Assembly (NCBI GenBank): GCA_041674405.1
Contig: JBAYVT010000003.1
Location: 1 to 32,000 of the forward strand
DNA from: Patescibacteria group bacterium
GTDB lineage: Bacteria > Patescibacteriota > UBA1384 > XYA2-FULL-43-10
Length of the DNA: 32,000 nt
Direction: 5' to 3'
How positions within the stretch are numbered: position 1 is the first letter of the stretch; each line of letters starts with the position of its first letter. Positions 1-8,400 of this stretch are shown here, piece after piece. Under the pieces are notes generated by a model. It made no database searches and was not told the origin of the DNA. It saw only the letters and a program-made list of their open reading frames with translations. The position numbers and the translations under genes were made by a program.

Positions 1-37
1 CGGCGGCGGGGGCTTATAGAAAGGAGTAGTGTAGAAA

Positions 38-838
38 GTGCTAGACTTCGTGCTAGAGTTGCTCACCTGTCTTCTCCTCGCCGGTTGCACCATCTTCGGC
101 ATTCTGTACCTGCGCCGATGGTGGAAAGACGGCGAGAGCGATCGCAGGCATGAAATGACAAAGGTCGCCCTCGGTCGGGGACACGTTGACCACGAGGCTG
201 GTCGAGATATGCGGGCCCACGCTCGTGCGAATCTCGGCTTCGCCGGCGTGCCTGATTCCGAAGCGGGAGACGTGCTACTTGGCGTCCCCTCCCTCAATCC
301 GGAGAAAGAAGGTTCGTGGGAGACAAATCAGCCAATCCTCACTACCTCGCGGATCATGCAACTGACCGAGGATGGCCCTGTTGACCTCGAGCTTCTGGAG
401 CTGATGGCCAATGGATACGTCCTCCTGGTCAAGGGCTCCAAGGTGTTCCTGCTCAAGCGCTACAACCTGACTGCCCGTCAGGAGCGCTACCTGCAGGAGC
501 AACGCCAGGACGCGGCGGACAGACACGATGGGGTTATTGAGGATTTCCTCGGCAAGCCATGGACCATCAAGATGGCGACCGGGGACACCTTCACTCCCGA
601 CGTGGGCCCTGCCCACAGCACCATCCAGGTGCTTTCGACTCATCCGCGGCTTGGTGAGGAAGGATTCCTGACCGTGCTGCCGCCCGAAGTGATGGACGGC
701 GAGCCGCACAACTACTACGACCTGGAAGCAGTGGCTGACGACGGAAACGTGCTCGTCGCCTTCTACTGCAAGGGCGGCTGGACCTGTATGATCGGGCGGC
801 TCTTGAAGCCCGAAGAGGTTCAAGAGATCCACAGCTAG
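38..838 (+). CDS. hypothetical protein with a single N-terminal transmembrane helix (GC-rich island 1)
   Basis: 266-aa ORF starting at GTG 38, with AAGGAG at 21-26. The N-terminus is hydrophobic (LDFVLELLTCLLLAGCTIFGILYL followed by RRWW). No family recognised. Codon usage is GC-rich, unlike the backbone. Confidence 0.5.
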   Translation: MLDFVLELLTCLLLAGCTIFGILYLRRWWKDGESDRRHEMTKVALGRGHVDHEAGRDMRAHARANLGFAGVPDSEAGDVLLGVPSLNPEKEGSWETNQPILTTSRIMQLTEDGPVDLELLELMANGYVLLVKGSKVFLLKRYNLTARQERYLQEQRQDAADRHDGVIEDFLGKPWTIKMATGDTFTPDVGPAHSTIQVLSTHPRLGEEGFLTVLPPEVMDGEPHNYYDLEAVADDGNVLVAFYCKGGWTCMIGRLLKPEEVQEIHS

Positions 839-906
839 TCGGACAGGCAAGGGTGTTATGCCCGGCCAAAAGCCGTACAATCAAGACCGCGAGAGGAAGA
901 TCAGAC

Positions 907-1659
907 ATGACAGGAACGGAAGAACATGGCAGCCTCGGGGAAGCCTTTGCGAGCTTCTGCCGGGGGATCGTATCACTCCTCACTACCGGCTCATGGGTAG
1001 TCGAGGGCGCTGCCGACAATGCGCGGAGCACCGAGCTTCTGCGCGAGCGCATCCCGGAGGCGGCTGAGCAAGACGCGCAGCGGACCCTCCAGATCGTGGA
1101 CGAAGGCCTGACCAGCTTCGGACTCCTCAAGCAGAAGCTCGAGCGGGCCAAGCAGCAGAAGACAGACTGGGATAAGCGCGTCGAGACCGGCGTCTCGAAG
1201 TACAAGGCCTGCACCGACCCCGAGCAGAAAGCCAAGCTTGGCGATCTGGTCAAGCAGGCGCTTACCGAGCGCAAGAAGACCGAGACCCTCGTGAGCCAGC
1301 TACAGGCCGCCGTTGACGAGGCGGGTCCGGACGCCGAGGCTGCCCTCAAGGCCGCCGAGCAAGCCGGCCTGCGCCGCGAGGCCGCCCTGTCGCAGGTCGA
1401 GGTCCTGAGCATTCAGGATGCGTCGGCCAAAGCCAGGCACAACCTGGCGAGAGCCGCTCAGGGCGACGGCAACTCCCAGGCCACTGAGCTCCTCGCGGAG
1501 CTCGGGCGCAAGGTGCAGAGGCACCAGGCCGAGGCTTGTGCCGGCCAGCAGATCGCCGACGCGCTCCCGAAGAGCGCTGAGCAGATCGGGGCGGAACTCG
1601 ACGATGTGACGGCACATGACGACATCGAGGCCGAGTTCGCCGAACTGGTGGGGAACTAA
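907..1659 (+). CDS. PspA/IM30-family (phage shock protein A-like) coiled-coil protein
   Basis: Long heptad-like A/E/K/Q-rich sequence. The C-terminal pattern (...ELLAELGRKVQRHQAEA...DDIEAEFAELVG) resembles the PspA C-terminus (...FERxExKV...EA...LExxFAxL). ATG 907 is preceded by GAGAGGAAGA at 891-900; the ORF-track start at 853 is a GTG without an SD. Confidence 0.6.
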   Translation: MTGTEEHGSLGEAFASFCRGIVSLLTTGSWVVEGAADNARSTELLRERIPEAAEQDAQRTLQIVDEGLTSFGLLKQKLERAKQQKTDWDKRVETGVSKYKACTDPEQKAKLGDLVKQALTERKKTETLVSQLQAAVDEAGPDAEAALKAAEQAGLRREAALSQVEVLSIQDASAKARHNLARAAQGDGNSQATELLAELGRKVQRHQAEACAGQQIADALPKSAEQIGAELDDVTAHDDIEAEFAELVGN

Positions 1660-1686
1660 TCCGTGGTACAGCCGCGGATAAGCGTC

Positions 1687-1718
1687 GAAGAGGCCGCTGC
1701 AGTTGCAGCGGCCTCTTC
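1687..1718 (+). terminator. GC-rich perfect hairpin ending island 1
   Basis: GAAGAGGCCGCTGC (1687-1700), loop AGTT, GCAGCGGCCTCTTC (1705-1718), giving a 14-bp perfect stem 28 nt after the stop at 1659. The following T-run is weak. Composition turns AT-rich directly after it. Confidence 0.6.
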
Positions 1719-1871
1719 TCATTGTCTAGGCAGGGAATCAGTTTCTACTGTTAGACTAATAATAATGACTACCGTATTATCAAGATTTTGCATCTGGTTT
1801 TTGTGCCTCTGGTAAAGGACGATAGTTTCAACTTTACTTTTTGCCATTTTAAGAGTAACTTTTGAAGTGCA

Positions 1872-2828
1872 ATGACTGAATTTTTGCACAAACCGGTTTT
1901 GCTAAATGAGGTATTGGAGGCGTTCGATTATCTAAAAGATAAGAAGAACGCCGTTTTTGTCGATGGAACTCTCGGGCTTGGCGGACACAGCATGGCTATT
2001 GCCGAAAAGTGGAAAATGGAAAGTGGAAAATGGAAAGTGGTAGCCATTGATAAAGACGAAGAAGCACTACGGATTGCCAAGCTACGGGCCAAGGACCACG
2101 GACTACAAACTAACTTTGTATTCATCCATGATGACTTTCATAATATCGATGGCATATTGGATAATTTAAAGATAAATAAAATCAATGGTATGCTGCTTGA
2201 TCTTGGCGTCTCGTCAATGCAATTAGACTACAAGGACAGGGGATTTTCATTTGAAAATCCAAATGCCCCACTTGATATGCGAATGGATTCATCACAAATT
2301 CAAAGTGCCAAAGATATTTTGAATAATTATTCGATTTCCGACCTTGAGGGTGTGCTCATCCGGGGCGAAGAAAAATATTTCAAATCGATTGCACGGAACA
2401 TCGCCGAAGTCCGCAAAGAAAAGCCATTTAGAACAATAGGGGACTTACTTGAAATTCTCAAAAAATCGATTCCAAAAAAAACAAATGGAAAAAATTTTGC
2501 TACCGATACCTTTCGGGCGCTCAGAATCGAAGTAAACGATGAGCTTGCCCCGCTCGAGAAAACAATCGAGGCGATAGTCCCCCACTTAAATTCCGGCGCA
2601 AGGCTTTCTGTCATTACCTTTCACTCTCTTGAGGATCGAATTGTAAAACAAACATTTAGAAAACTTGAAAATCCATGCACTTGCCCACCGGAATTCCCCT
2701 ATTGTACTTGCGGAAATAAACCCTCGGTAAAACTAGTAAGTAAAAAGGCAATCGAGCCGAATACTGATGAAATTGCGGGGAACCCACGCGCCCGTAGTGC
2801 AAAATTAAGAATCGTGGAGAAAATATGA
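1872..2828 (+). CDS. rsmH: 16S rRNA (cytosine1402-N4)-methyltransferase RsmH/MraW
   Basis: HKPVLLNEV, DGTLGLGGHS, LLDLGVSSMQLD, PLDMRMD, FHSLEDRIVK and NPRARSAKLR motifs, collinear with E. coli RsmH. Confidence 0.95.
   Translation: MTEFLHKPVLLNEVLEAFDYLKDKKNAVFVDGTLGLGGHSMAIAEKWKMESGKWKVVAIDKDEEALRIAKLRAKDHGLQTNFVFIHDDFHNIDGILDNLKINKINGMLLDLGVSSMQLDYKDRGFSFENPNAPLDMRMDSSQIQSAKDILNNYSISDLEGVLIRGEEKYFKSIARNIAEVRKEKPFRTIGDLLEILKKSIPKKTNGKNFATDTFRALRIEVNDELAPLEKTIEAIVPHLNSGARLSVITFHSLEDRIVKQTFRKLENPCTCPPEFPYCTCGNKPSVKLVSKKAIEPNTDEIAGNPRARSAKLRIVEKI
2007..2040 (+). repeat. 14-nt tandem repeat (about 2.4 copies) inside rsmH
   Basis: AAGTGGAAAATGGA at 2007-2020 and 2021-2034, then AAGTGG at 2035-2040. 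It encodes EKWKMESGKWKV in a variable loop. Confidence 0.9.
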
Positions 2829-3379
2829 AAAAACTTTTGTTACATTCTTGTTGTGGGCCATGCTTATCGTCGGTTTACAAAATGACCGAGGCTGATTTCG
2901 AGGTTACTCCATTTTGGTTTAACCCAAATATCGAGCCGGAACGTGAATTTGATTTGCGGCTAGAAACTTTCACTACTCTTTGCAAAAAATACAAAACAAA
3001 ACCAATTATCGAGGAAAGCGGTTTTCGAGAATGGCAGAATCAAATTCGGGGATTGGAAAGTTTGCCTGAGGGTGGCAAGCGGTGCAAAAAATGTATCAAA
3101 TTCCGCCTTACCGAAACGGCAAAAAAAGCGAAGGAATTAAATTTTGACATTTTTGGCACAACTCTTTCTGTTTCACCGCACAAAGATGCCGAGATGATAA
3201 ATCGGCTTGGAAAAGAAGTCGCTGATCGATATGAGGTCGAATTTCTCGAGGCAGATTTCAAGAAGAATGACGGATATGAAAAATCAATAGAACTTTCAAA
3301 AAAATACGATCTCTACAGGCAGAACTATTGCGGTTGCCGATACTCCGACAAAAATTTTGGCAACTTCAAGTCGAGCTAG
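2825..3379 (+). CDS. queH: epoxyqueuosine reductase QueH (DUF208)
   Basis: N-terminal LLLHSCCGPCLS and C-terminal YRQNYCGCRYS cysteine motifs typical of QueH. ATGA start/stop overlap with rsmH. Confidence 0.85.
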   Translation: MKKLLLHSCCGPCLSSVYKMTEADFEVTPFWFNPNIEPEREFDLRLETFTTLCKKYKTKPIIEESGFREWQNQIRGLESLPEGGKRCKKCIKFRLTETAKKAKELNFDIFGTTLSVSPHKDAEMINRLGKEVADRYEVEFLEADFKKNDGYEKSIELSKKYDLYRQNYCGCRYSDKNFGNFKSS

Positions 3380-3429
3380 GGTTTGATCTTTTTGGTTTAT
3401 TTTAGATTCTTTTTATGATTTAATATGAA

Positions 3430-3449
3430 TTGTAGCCTTACGGCTACAA
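3430..3449 (+). terminator. hairpin downstream of queH
   Basis: TTGTAGCC, loop TTAC, GGCTACAA: an 8-bp perfect stem followed by AATTTTG. Confidence 0.4.
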
Positions 3450-3460
3450 AATTTTGTAAG

Positions 3461-3607
3461 TTCACCTAAACCTTTCTTAGAGGCATGGTGAAAAAATCGT
3501 GTCTAGAGACCAGAGATGGTCATCTGTTCGGTACTCTAGACACGTCTATGCTCGAAAGGGCGTAGGGCAAGCCCGCAAGGTCTTGTCGCCGACAGGTGGC
3601 CATTTTT
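3461..3607 (+). ncRNA. candidate structured RNA or 5' leader upstream of the small Cys-rich ORF
   Basis: Locally GC-rich within an AT-rich spacer. Helix TTCACC(3461-66)/GGTGAA(3487-92). An 11-bp perfect inverted repeat CGTGTCTAGAG(3498-3508)/CTCTAGACACG(3534-3544). GNRA-capped hairpins at 3548-3563 (loop GAAA) and around 3572-3581 (loop GCAA). Loop segment 3518-3528 is complementary (with G-U pairs) to 3591-3601, which is followed by CATTTTTG. No known family recognised. Confidence 0.3.
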
Positions 3608-3631
3608 GTAATTAATTTGGAGGGAGATCGA

Positions 3632-3898
3632 ATGGGTGAAAAAGCTGAGGCAACAAAAGTGATTTGTGCTGATTGTGGAAAGATGGTTATTGAAATGAAT
3701 AATTCTGATGAATGTCTAAATCACTTTTGTCATACAAAAAATATTATTTATCCAGAAGGATATAGCAGCACAAGCACACCGGATTTCTTGGAATGTGATT
3801 GTGGAAATATTATTGGAATCCTTGCAGAAGATAAAAACAAAATTCCCGCATATTATTTGATCGCAGGTAGATATAAATTAGAAGTAAAAAGATATTAA
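3632..3898 (+). CDS. small Cys-rich (zinc-ribbon-like) hypothetical protein, 88 aa
   Basis: ATG 3632 lies 6 nt after GGAGGGA (3619-3625); the ORF-track GTG at 3596 lacks an SD. Cysteine pairs CADCG, C..HFCH and CDCG. No family recognised. Confidence 0.6.
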   Translation: MGEKAEATKVICADCGKMVIEMNNSDECLNHFCHTKNIIYPEGYSSTSTPDFLECDCGNIIGILAEDKNKIPAYYLIAGRYKLEVKRY

Positions 3899-3911
3899 TT
3901 CTTCATAGCGA

Positions 3912-4000
3912 AAAACAAACTGATCAATTTATCTAGCCGCTTGGGCTAACTCGCAAACGTAACACTTTCTTCGCGACCACGGAAGAATTGTTACGTTTTT
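3912..4000 (+). repeat. 89-nt dispersed element, copy 1 (small hairpin plus large terminator-like hairpin)
   Basis: Identical to 9253-9341 except A3979 versus G9320. TAGCC-GCTTG-GGCTA hairpin at 3934-3948. AAACGTAAC(3955-63)...GGAAGAATT GTTACGTTT(3981-98) imperfect hairpin followed by a T-run. Confidence 0.95.
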
Positions 4001-4108
4001 ATTTTGACTTTTATTGGAATCATATGCTAGTTTTGACTTGCGCCTTTTGGCGACAACAGATAAGGAGGGATTGCCCTGGCAAAAACAGACAAATATGCCG
4101 AGGACGGG

Positions 4109-5227
4109 GTGGACGTAGAACAAGGCGATCTGTTTAGCGCGTACGCAGGCAAGGTCTGCCATGCAAGCTTTCAGAACTCGCCTCTCATCGAGGTGTTGGA
4201 TCTCTCTGCGGGATACTTCCGCGGAGTTAGGTCCTTCCGGCCAGTCGGACTGCCGGCTGATTGGTCACTCGACTTCACTTCCGACGGCAACGGCACCAAG
4301 CCGATTGTTTCGGATGCGGCAATGAAGCACGAAGGGGCTGCCCATGACCTGGTAGCGATGTGCTGCGGCGACATCACCAGAAACGGCGGCTGTCCCGTAG
4401 TCTTCAACAACCAACTCGATGTCGCCACGCTTGGCAAGGAGGGCGACTCCATCAACATGGTATTCCGCAGCATGATCACAGAACTCGGCGAAGTAGCTAC
4501 GGCCATGAGGATCGTGTTGTTCCGTGGCGAAACCGCCGAACTCGGACCCTGTGTCGGAACAGACAACCCCAACCCGTTTGCTGCGTTCAACTGGTGTGGT
4601 GCGGCGCTTGGTGCCTATCTGCCACAACTGATGATCACTGGCAACAACGTGGCAGAGGGAGACCTGATCATGGCACTTCGGGAAAACGGATTCCGTGCCA
4701 ATGGCATCAGCTCGGTCCGAAAGGCATTTGCCATGCGGTACGGAACCGAATGGTTCGACCATCCCGTGGTGATCGACCAGGGATATCTTCAGCAAGCGGC
4801 AGAGCCGTCCGTGCTCTACGATCCGTTCTTCACTCACCTGAACGGGTGGTGGACCGGAAGCTTCGAACCCCTCATTCAGGTGAAGAAGATCATCCATGTC
4901 ACCGGAGGAGCCTTCGGAGGCAAGCTGGGCGACGACTTCCTGTTCCGTAGGGGAATGTCGGCTGACCTTCCCGATCTCTTCGACCCACCTGAGATCATGC
5001 TCCTCTGCAAGGAGTGGCGCGGCTCGTCAAGCACAGAGGCATACAAGGCCTGGAACGGCGGGCAGGGTGCACTGGCAATCATTAGCCCGTCCGACGCAGA
5101 GGACTTCCTGTCCAACGCCCAGGACTTCGGCCATGATGCCAAGATCTGTGGAGAGGTGACGAGGAGAGACACGCCGTCTATCACGATCACATCCAAGTTC
5201 GACGGAGAGGTCATCACCTATTCCTAA
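4109..5227 (+). CDS. purM: PurM-like protein (phosphoribosylformylglycinamidine cyclo-ligase / AIR synthase family), divergent, GC-rich island 2
   Basis: SDGNGTK, HDLVAMCCGD, RGETAELG, ENGFRANGISSVRK, HVTGGAFG and WNGGQGALAI are collinear with E. coli PurM motifs (TDGVGTK, IDLVAMCVND, GGETAEMPG, SSGPHSNGYSLVRK, HLTGGGF, FNCGVGM). Coordinates follow the ORF-track GTG. The conserved N-terminal YxxxGVD motif lies upstream, so the true start is probably CTG 4076 or ATT 4070, after AAGGAGG at 4062-4068. Confidence 0.8.
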   Translation: MDVEQGDLFSAYAGKVCHASFQNSPLIEVLDLSAGYFRGVRSFRPVGLPADWSLDFTSDGNGTKPIVSDAAMKHEGAAHDLVAMCCGDITRNGGCPVVFNNQLDVATLGKEGDSINMVFRSMITELGEVATAMRIVLFRGETAELGPCVGTDNPNPFAAFNWCGAALGAYLPQLMITGNNVAEGDLIMALRENGFRANGISSVRKAFAMRYGTEWFDHPVVIDQGYLQQAAEPSVLYDPFFTHLNGWWTGSFEPLIQVKKIIHVTGGAFGGKLGDDFLFRRGMSADLPDLFDPPEIMLLCKEWRGSSSTEAYKAWNGGQGALAIISPSDAEDFLSNAQDFGHDAKICGEVTRRDTPSITITSKFDGEVITYS

Positions 5228-5233
5228 CACCGC

Positions 5234-5280
5234 TTTGCTTCTGCCCAGAAAGGAGGCGAAACACCTCGGGTAGAAGCAAA
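5234..5280 (+). terminator. extended GC-rich hairpin 3' of the purM-like gene
   Basis: TTTGCTTCT(5234-42)/AGAAGCAAA(5272-80) 9-bp stem, extended by GCCC/GGGT and by an inner GAGG/CCTC helix. No clear T-run. Confidence 0.45.
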
Positions 5281-5295
5281 TACCATAGCAATTAA

Positions 5296-5316
5296 AGAAA
5301 TTAATTATTAATTTCT
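5296..5316. repeat. AT-rich perfect palindrome
   Basis: AGAAATTAAT T ATTAATTTCT (10-bp arms), nested in a weaker ATACCATA/TGTGGTAT outer pairing at 5280-5323. Confidence 0.6.
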
Positions 5317-5331
5317 GTGGTATATGTTAGC

Positions 5332-5377
5332 AAACGTAACAATTCTTCCGCGGTCGTGGAAGAATTGTTACGTTTTT
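5332..5377 (-). repeat. third copy of the hairpin module of the 89-nt element (perfect stem, inverted loop)
   Basis: AAACGTAACAATTCTTCC(5332-49), loop GCGGTCGT, GGAAGAATTGTTACGTTT(5358-75), then TT. The loop is the reverse complement (7/8) of the copy-2 loop GCGACCGC, so I call the orientation inverted. Confidence 0.85.
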
Positions 5378-5471
5378 ACTGGTTGATGTTCTCTGTAAGG
5401 AATATTGTTGTGTTTTACCTTTTATGTTATTATTGTTGTGCTAATATTTTTGAAAATAAATAAGGAGGGGG

Positions 5472-8400
5472 ATGAAAGCATTAATTAAATTATCTGCCGC
5501 TATAGCGGCATTTTTGTTAATCCTTTTTGCACAGAGTTGCTCCGCATCAGATTGGCCAACACAAAATTCAAACAATCAAAACAACCCGCTCGCTTTTGAC
5601 ACGTTTCGTGAAGGAAATAATTCATATTCTATTAATCTTGGCACAATAACCACCGGCCCAACCAATGTAGTTGCAAATGGAATTATTTATTCCACAGCAG
5701 AGCCGGCCAGTAAAACCCTTTCAGCATACAGACTCTCGGATGGGCAAATAATTTGGCAAAAATCTTACAACACTTCAATATATAATATTGTGTATGATTC
5801 CAGAAACATTTATTTTGCTTCTGACGAGTTTTATTCTCTAGACGCAGAGACTGGCGATCAAAATTGGAAATCAAGTATTTGTGGCACAAAAATATGTAAA
5901 GTTCTCAGAATTGATGGAAATAATATATATGGTTATCGCACCACATCTATTCCCTCAGCTCAAATAATACTTTTGGACAAAATCAGTAGCAATTTAATTG
6001 CACAAAATACCACTGCATCCACCACAATGAATATCGACGTGGAAATTGACAATTCTTCTCTGTATTTGATGTCGCAATATTCCGGTGGCGCGATTACCAA
6101 TGTTTATAAGTTAAACAAATCAGATCTAACGCTCGAAAAACAATTGGATAATTGCCCTGTTCGCGCTTATGGAGGACTGCTTGATATAGAATACAGCAAA
6201 TTATATTTATCTGCTGATACGGTGTTGTGCACCTATGATTTAAACACCCTCACCTTAAACAAGAATTTATCAGCTGGAACTTTTGGTGCTTTTGTCAAAT
6301 ACGGAAATAATATATACGGAAAAGGATCTTACAGCGTCAGTTCCTTTGGGGCAAACGAGACCACACCATTGCCTAAATTTTTCCAAACTATCGGTATGAC
6401 TCCCTCATCCAATGCATTGGTAGTAAACGGAGTCTTATATTACGGCACAAACACCGGCAAAATTTGGGGTTACAATTTAGAAACCGGCCAACAAAAAACA
6501 TGGGATATAGAGGTGGGTTCAGCAATTAACAGCCTCAAATATTCCGATGGCCACTTTATAATTACAAGCCGCGTAAGCAACTTATACAAATTGTTTGTAG
6601 TTGATCTAAATAATTTATCACTCAGATTAACAAATTTTACTCTTAATATTAGCAGTCCCTATAATTTATCCGGCACGAATCAATACCTTGGCCAAATTCA
6701 TTGCCATTATATTCCCGATTTTGCCATATGGAATAAAATCTGGAACAGGGAGCCATCACCGGAATTTACTGCGAATGCTTACAAAGAAAAGGGTTATGAC
6801 TTTGTGGCTCTCACGGAGCATAACCAAGTTGTATCGATGCCAGTGACAGATGGAATTCTGCAGATTCAAAATTCAGAAGAGTCAACGCAAGGACTCGGGA
6901 AACACCACCTGCTAGCGCTAGGAATTAATGATCCAATTAATGATGAGTCGTCTGACCAAGACAGAATTAATCAGATAAATTCCCAGAACGGAATTGCAAT
7001 TCTGGCCCACCCCGACTCATGGGTGTACGGCGCTCTGTCTGCAACGATTGAAAAACTTTCGGGATTGAAATATTTGGAAACATATAGCCATGGTACAAAA
7101 CAATACATGCCCGATGCATTTGCTTTTGATGATTTTGACTACCTCTTATCGAAACGCAACAACAAGTTTCTCACCGCTGGAGATGATTATACACCAGGAG
7201 ATGGCTTTATCGATGGTGGGGCAATAGTCGTATTTGCCCAAAACAACAGTCAGTTGGAAATTATGAATAATATAAGAAATGGAAATTTTTATGCTCTTCA
7301 GGGCTCAGGCGCCCCGCGGATAAATAATATTTCCGCAGATAGCATATCCATGTCCATAAGTGTGAATGAGCCATCAACCATTACATTCATCGGTAAAAAT
7401 GGAAACAAATTAAAAAGCGAAAAAAATGCATCAAGCTCAATATATAGTTTTCAAGGGGATGAAATATATGTTCGAGCTGAGATAAAATCTGATAAAACCG
7501 GCAAATATGCATGGTCCCAGCCAATATATATTTCAGAAGATCAGCAAAGTATAACAATTGGAAGTGGATTACATACTACAACTCTCGAGAATATGATTTT
7601 AAACTCTAATTCAAATAATGCGATTTTTGCTAAAACCGTTGCAACCCAAGACACACCTTCAGCAACTCCGCCAACAGGTTATTTGAGTCCTATCTATCAG
7701 TTTACGACCGAGGGTCAGGTAAACCCTGGAACAATTCTTTCGATTAGTTACAAACATGAAAATCTACCTGTGAATCCCAAAAAATTATCAATTTATTCTT
7801 TTGACGAATTATCCAATTCTTGGAATCCAATCCCGAGTGTAGTGGACGAAGAAAATATGAGTGTCGCAGCAAATCTTGAACACTTTTCCTATTATACCCT
7901 TGGGGCAGATATCCCGGACGATATTGAACCCCCCTCTGTTAGCCTTGTCGAGCCAGTTGATCTTTCCAACATTTCCGGTGAAACATTACTGGTTGCAAAC
8001 GCGAGTGATAATGAGGCAGTGGTATCTGTAAAGTTTTATCTTGATCAAAAACTAATTGACACCGATCTTGACAGCAGAAACGGCTGGACCGCAAATCTAG
8101 ATTCAACCAATACTATTTCCGGAATTCACAAACTTACCATAACCGCAGAAGACCTGGCTGGTAACTTATCGAGCGAAAACTATGATGTTACTATCGCAAG
8201 CCACATCGCAGCTCCCACAATCTCCTTAAATTCTCCATCAGAGAATCAAAGACTTTTTGTGGATTCAGATATTCAGGGTAATTATTTGAGCAGCATCACA
8301 GTTGAACAAATTGGAATTTATCTGGACAATGTTTTTGTTAAAAATGCTAGCGTTGATAAAGAAAAATCAACCTTCCTTGAAAAAATGAATTGGTCACAAT

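Noticed and set aside
275-1722. Long antisense or alternative-frame ORFs in island 1: 591-1412 (-) of 273 aa, 275-880 (-), 1300-1722 (-), 1346-1615 (-), 1418-1609 (+) and 858-1067 (+).
   Set aside because: Their Arg/Ala/Ser/Pro-rich, low-complexity translations fully overlap better-supported sense genes. Stop-poor alternative frames are expected in GC-rich DNA. None has an SD or recognisable motifs.
3929-4162. 77-aa minus-strand ORF spanning repeat copy 1.
   Set aside because: It is built largely from the 89-nt repeat and spacer. The second repeat copy at 9253-9341 is not embedded in a comparable ORF. It has no SD and it overlaps the purM-like SD/start region.
4171-5230. ORFs overlapping the purM-like gene: 4265-4897 (-), 4171-4590 (-), 4360-4950 (+), 4876-5217 (-), 4896-5159 (+) and 5027-5230 (-).
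   Set aside because: This is the same GC-rich alternative-frame artefact. The PurM frame carries collinear family motifs and these frames do not.
3953-5377. A firm call of an integron / attC gene-cassette array.
   Set aside because: The AAC...GTT stem base, an unpaired base and a promoterless cassette-like purM gene are suggestive. However, the folded site is shorter than the attC sites I know, copy 3 is a perfect palindrome with no strand-selecting bulges, module B is unusually large and contains opposite-strand genes, and no intI is visible. I keep it only as a testable alternative in the findings.
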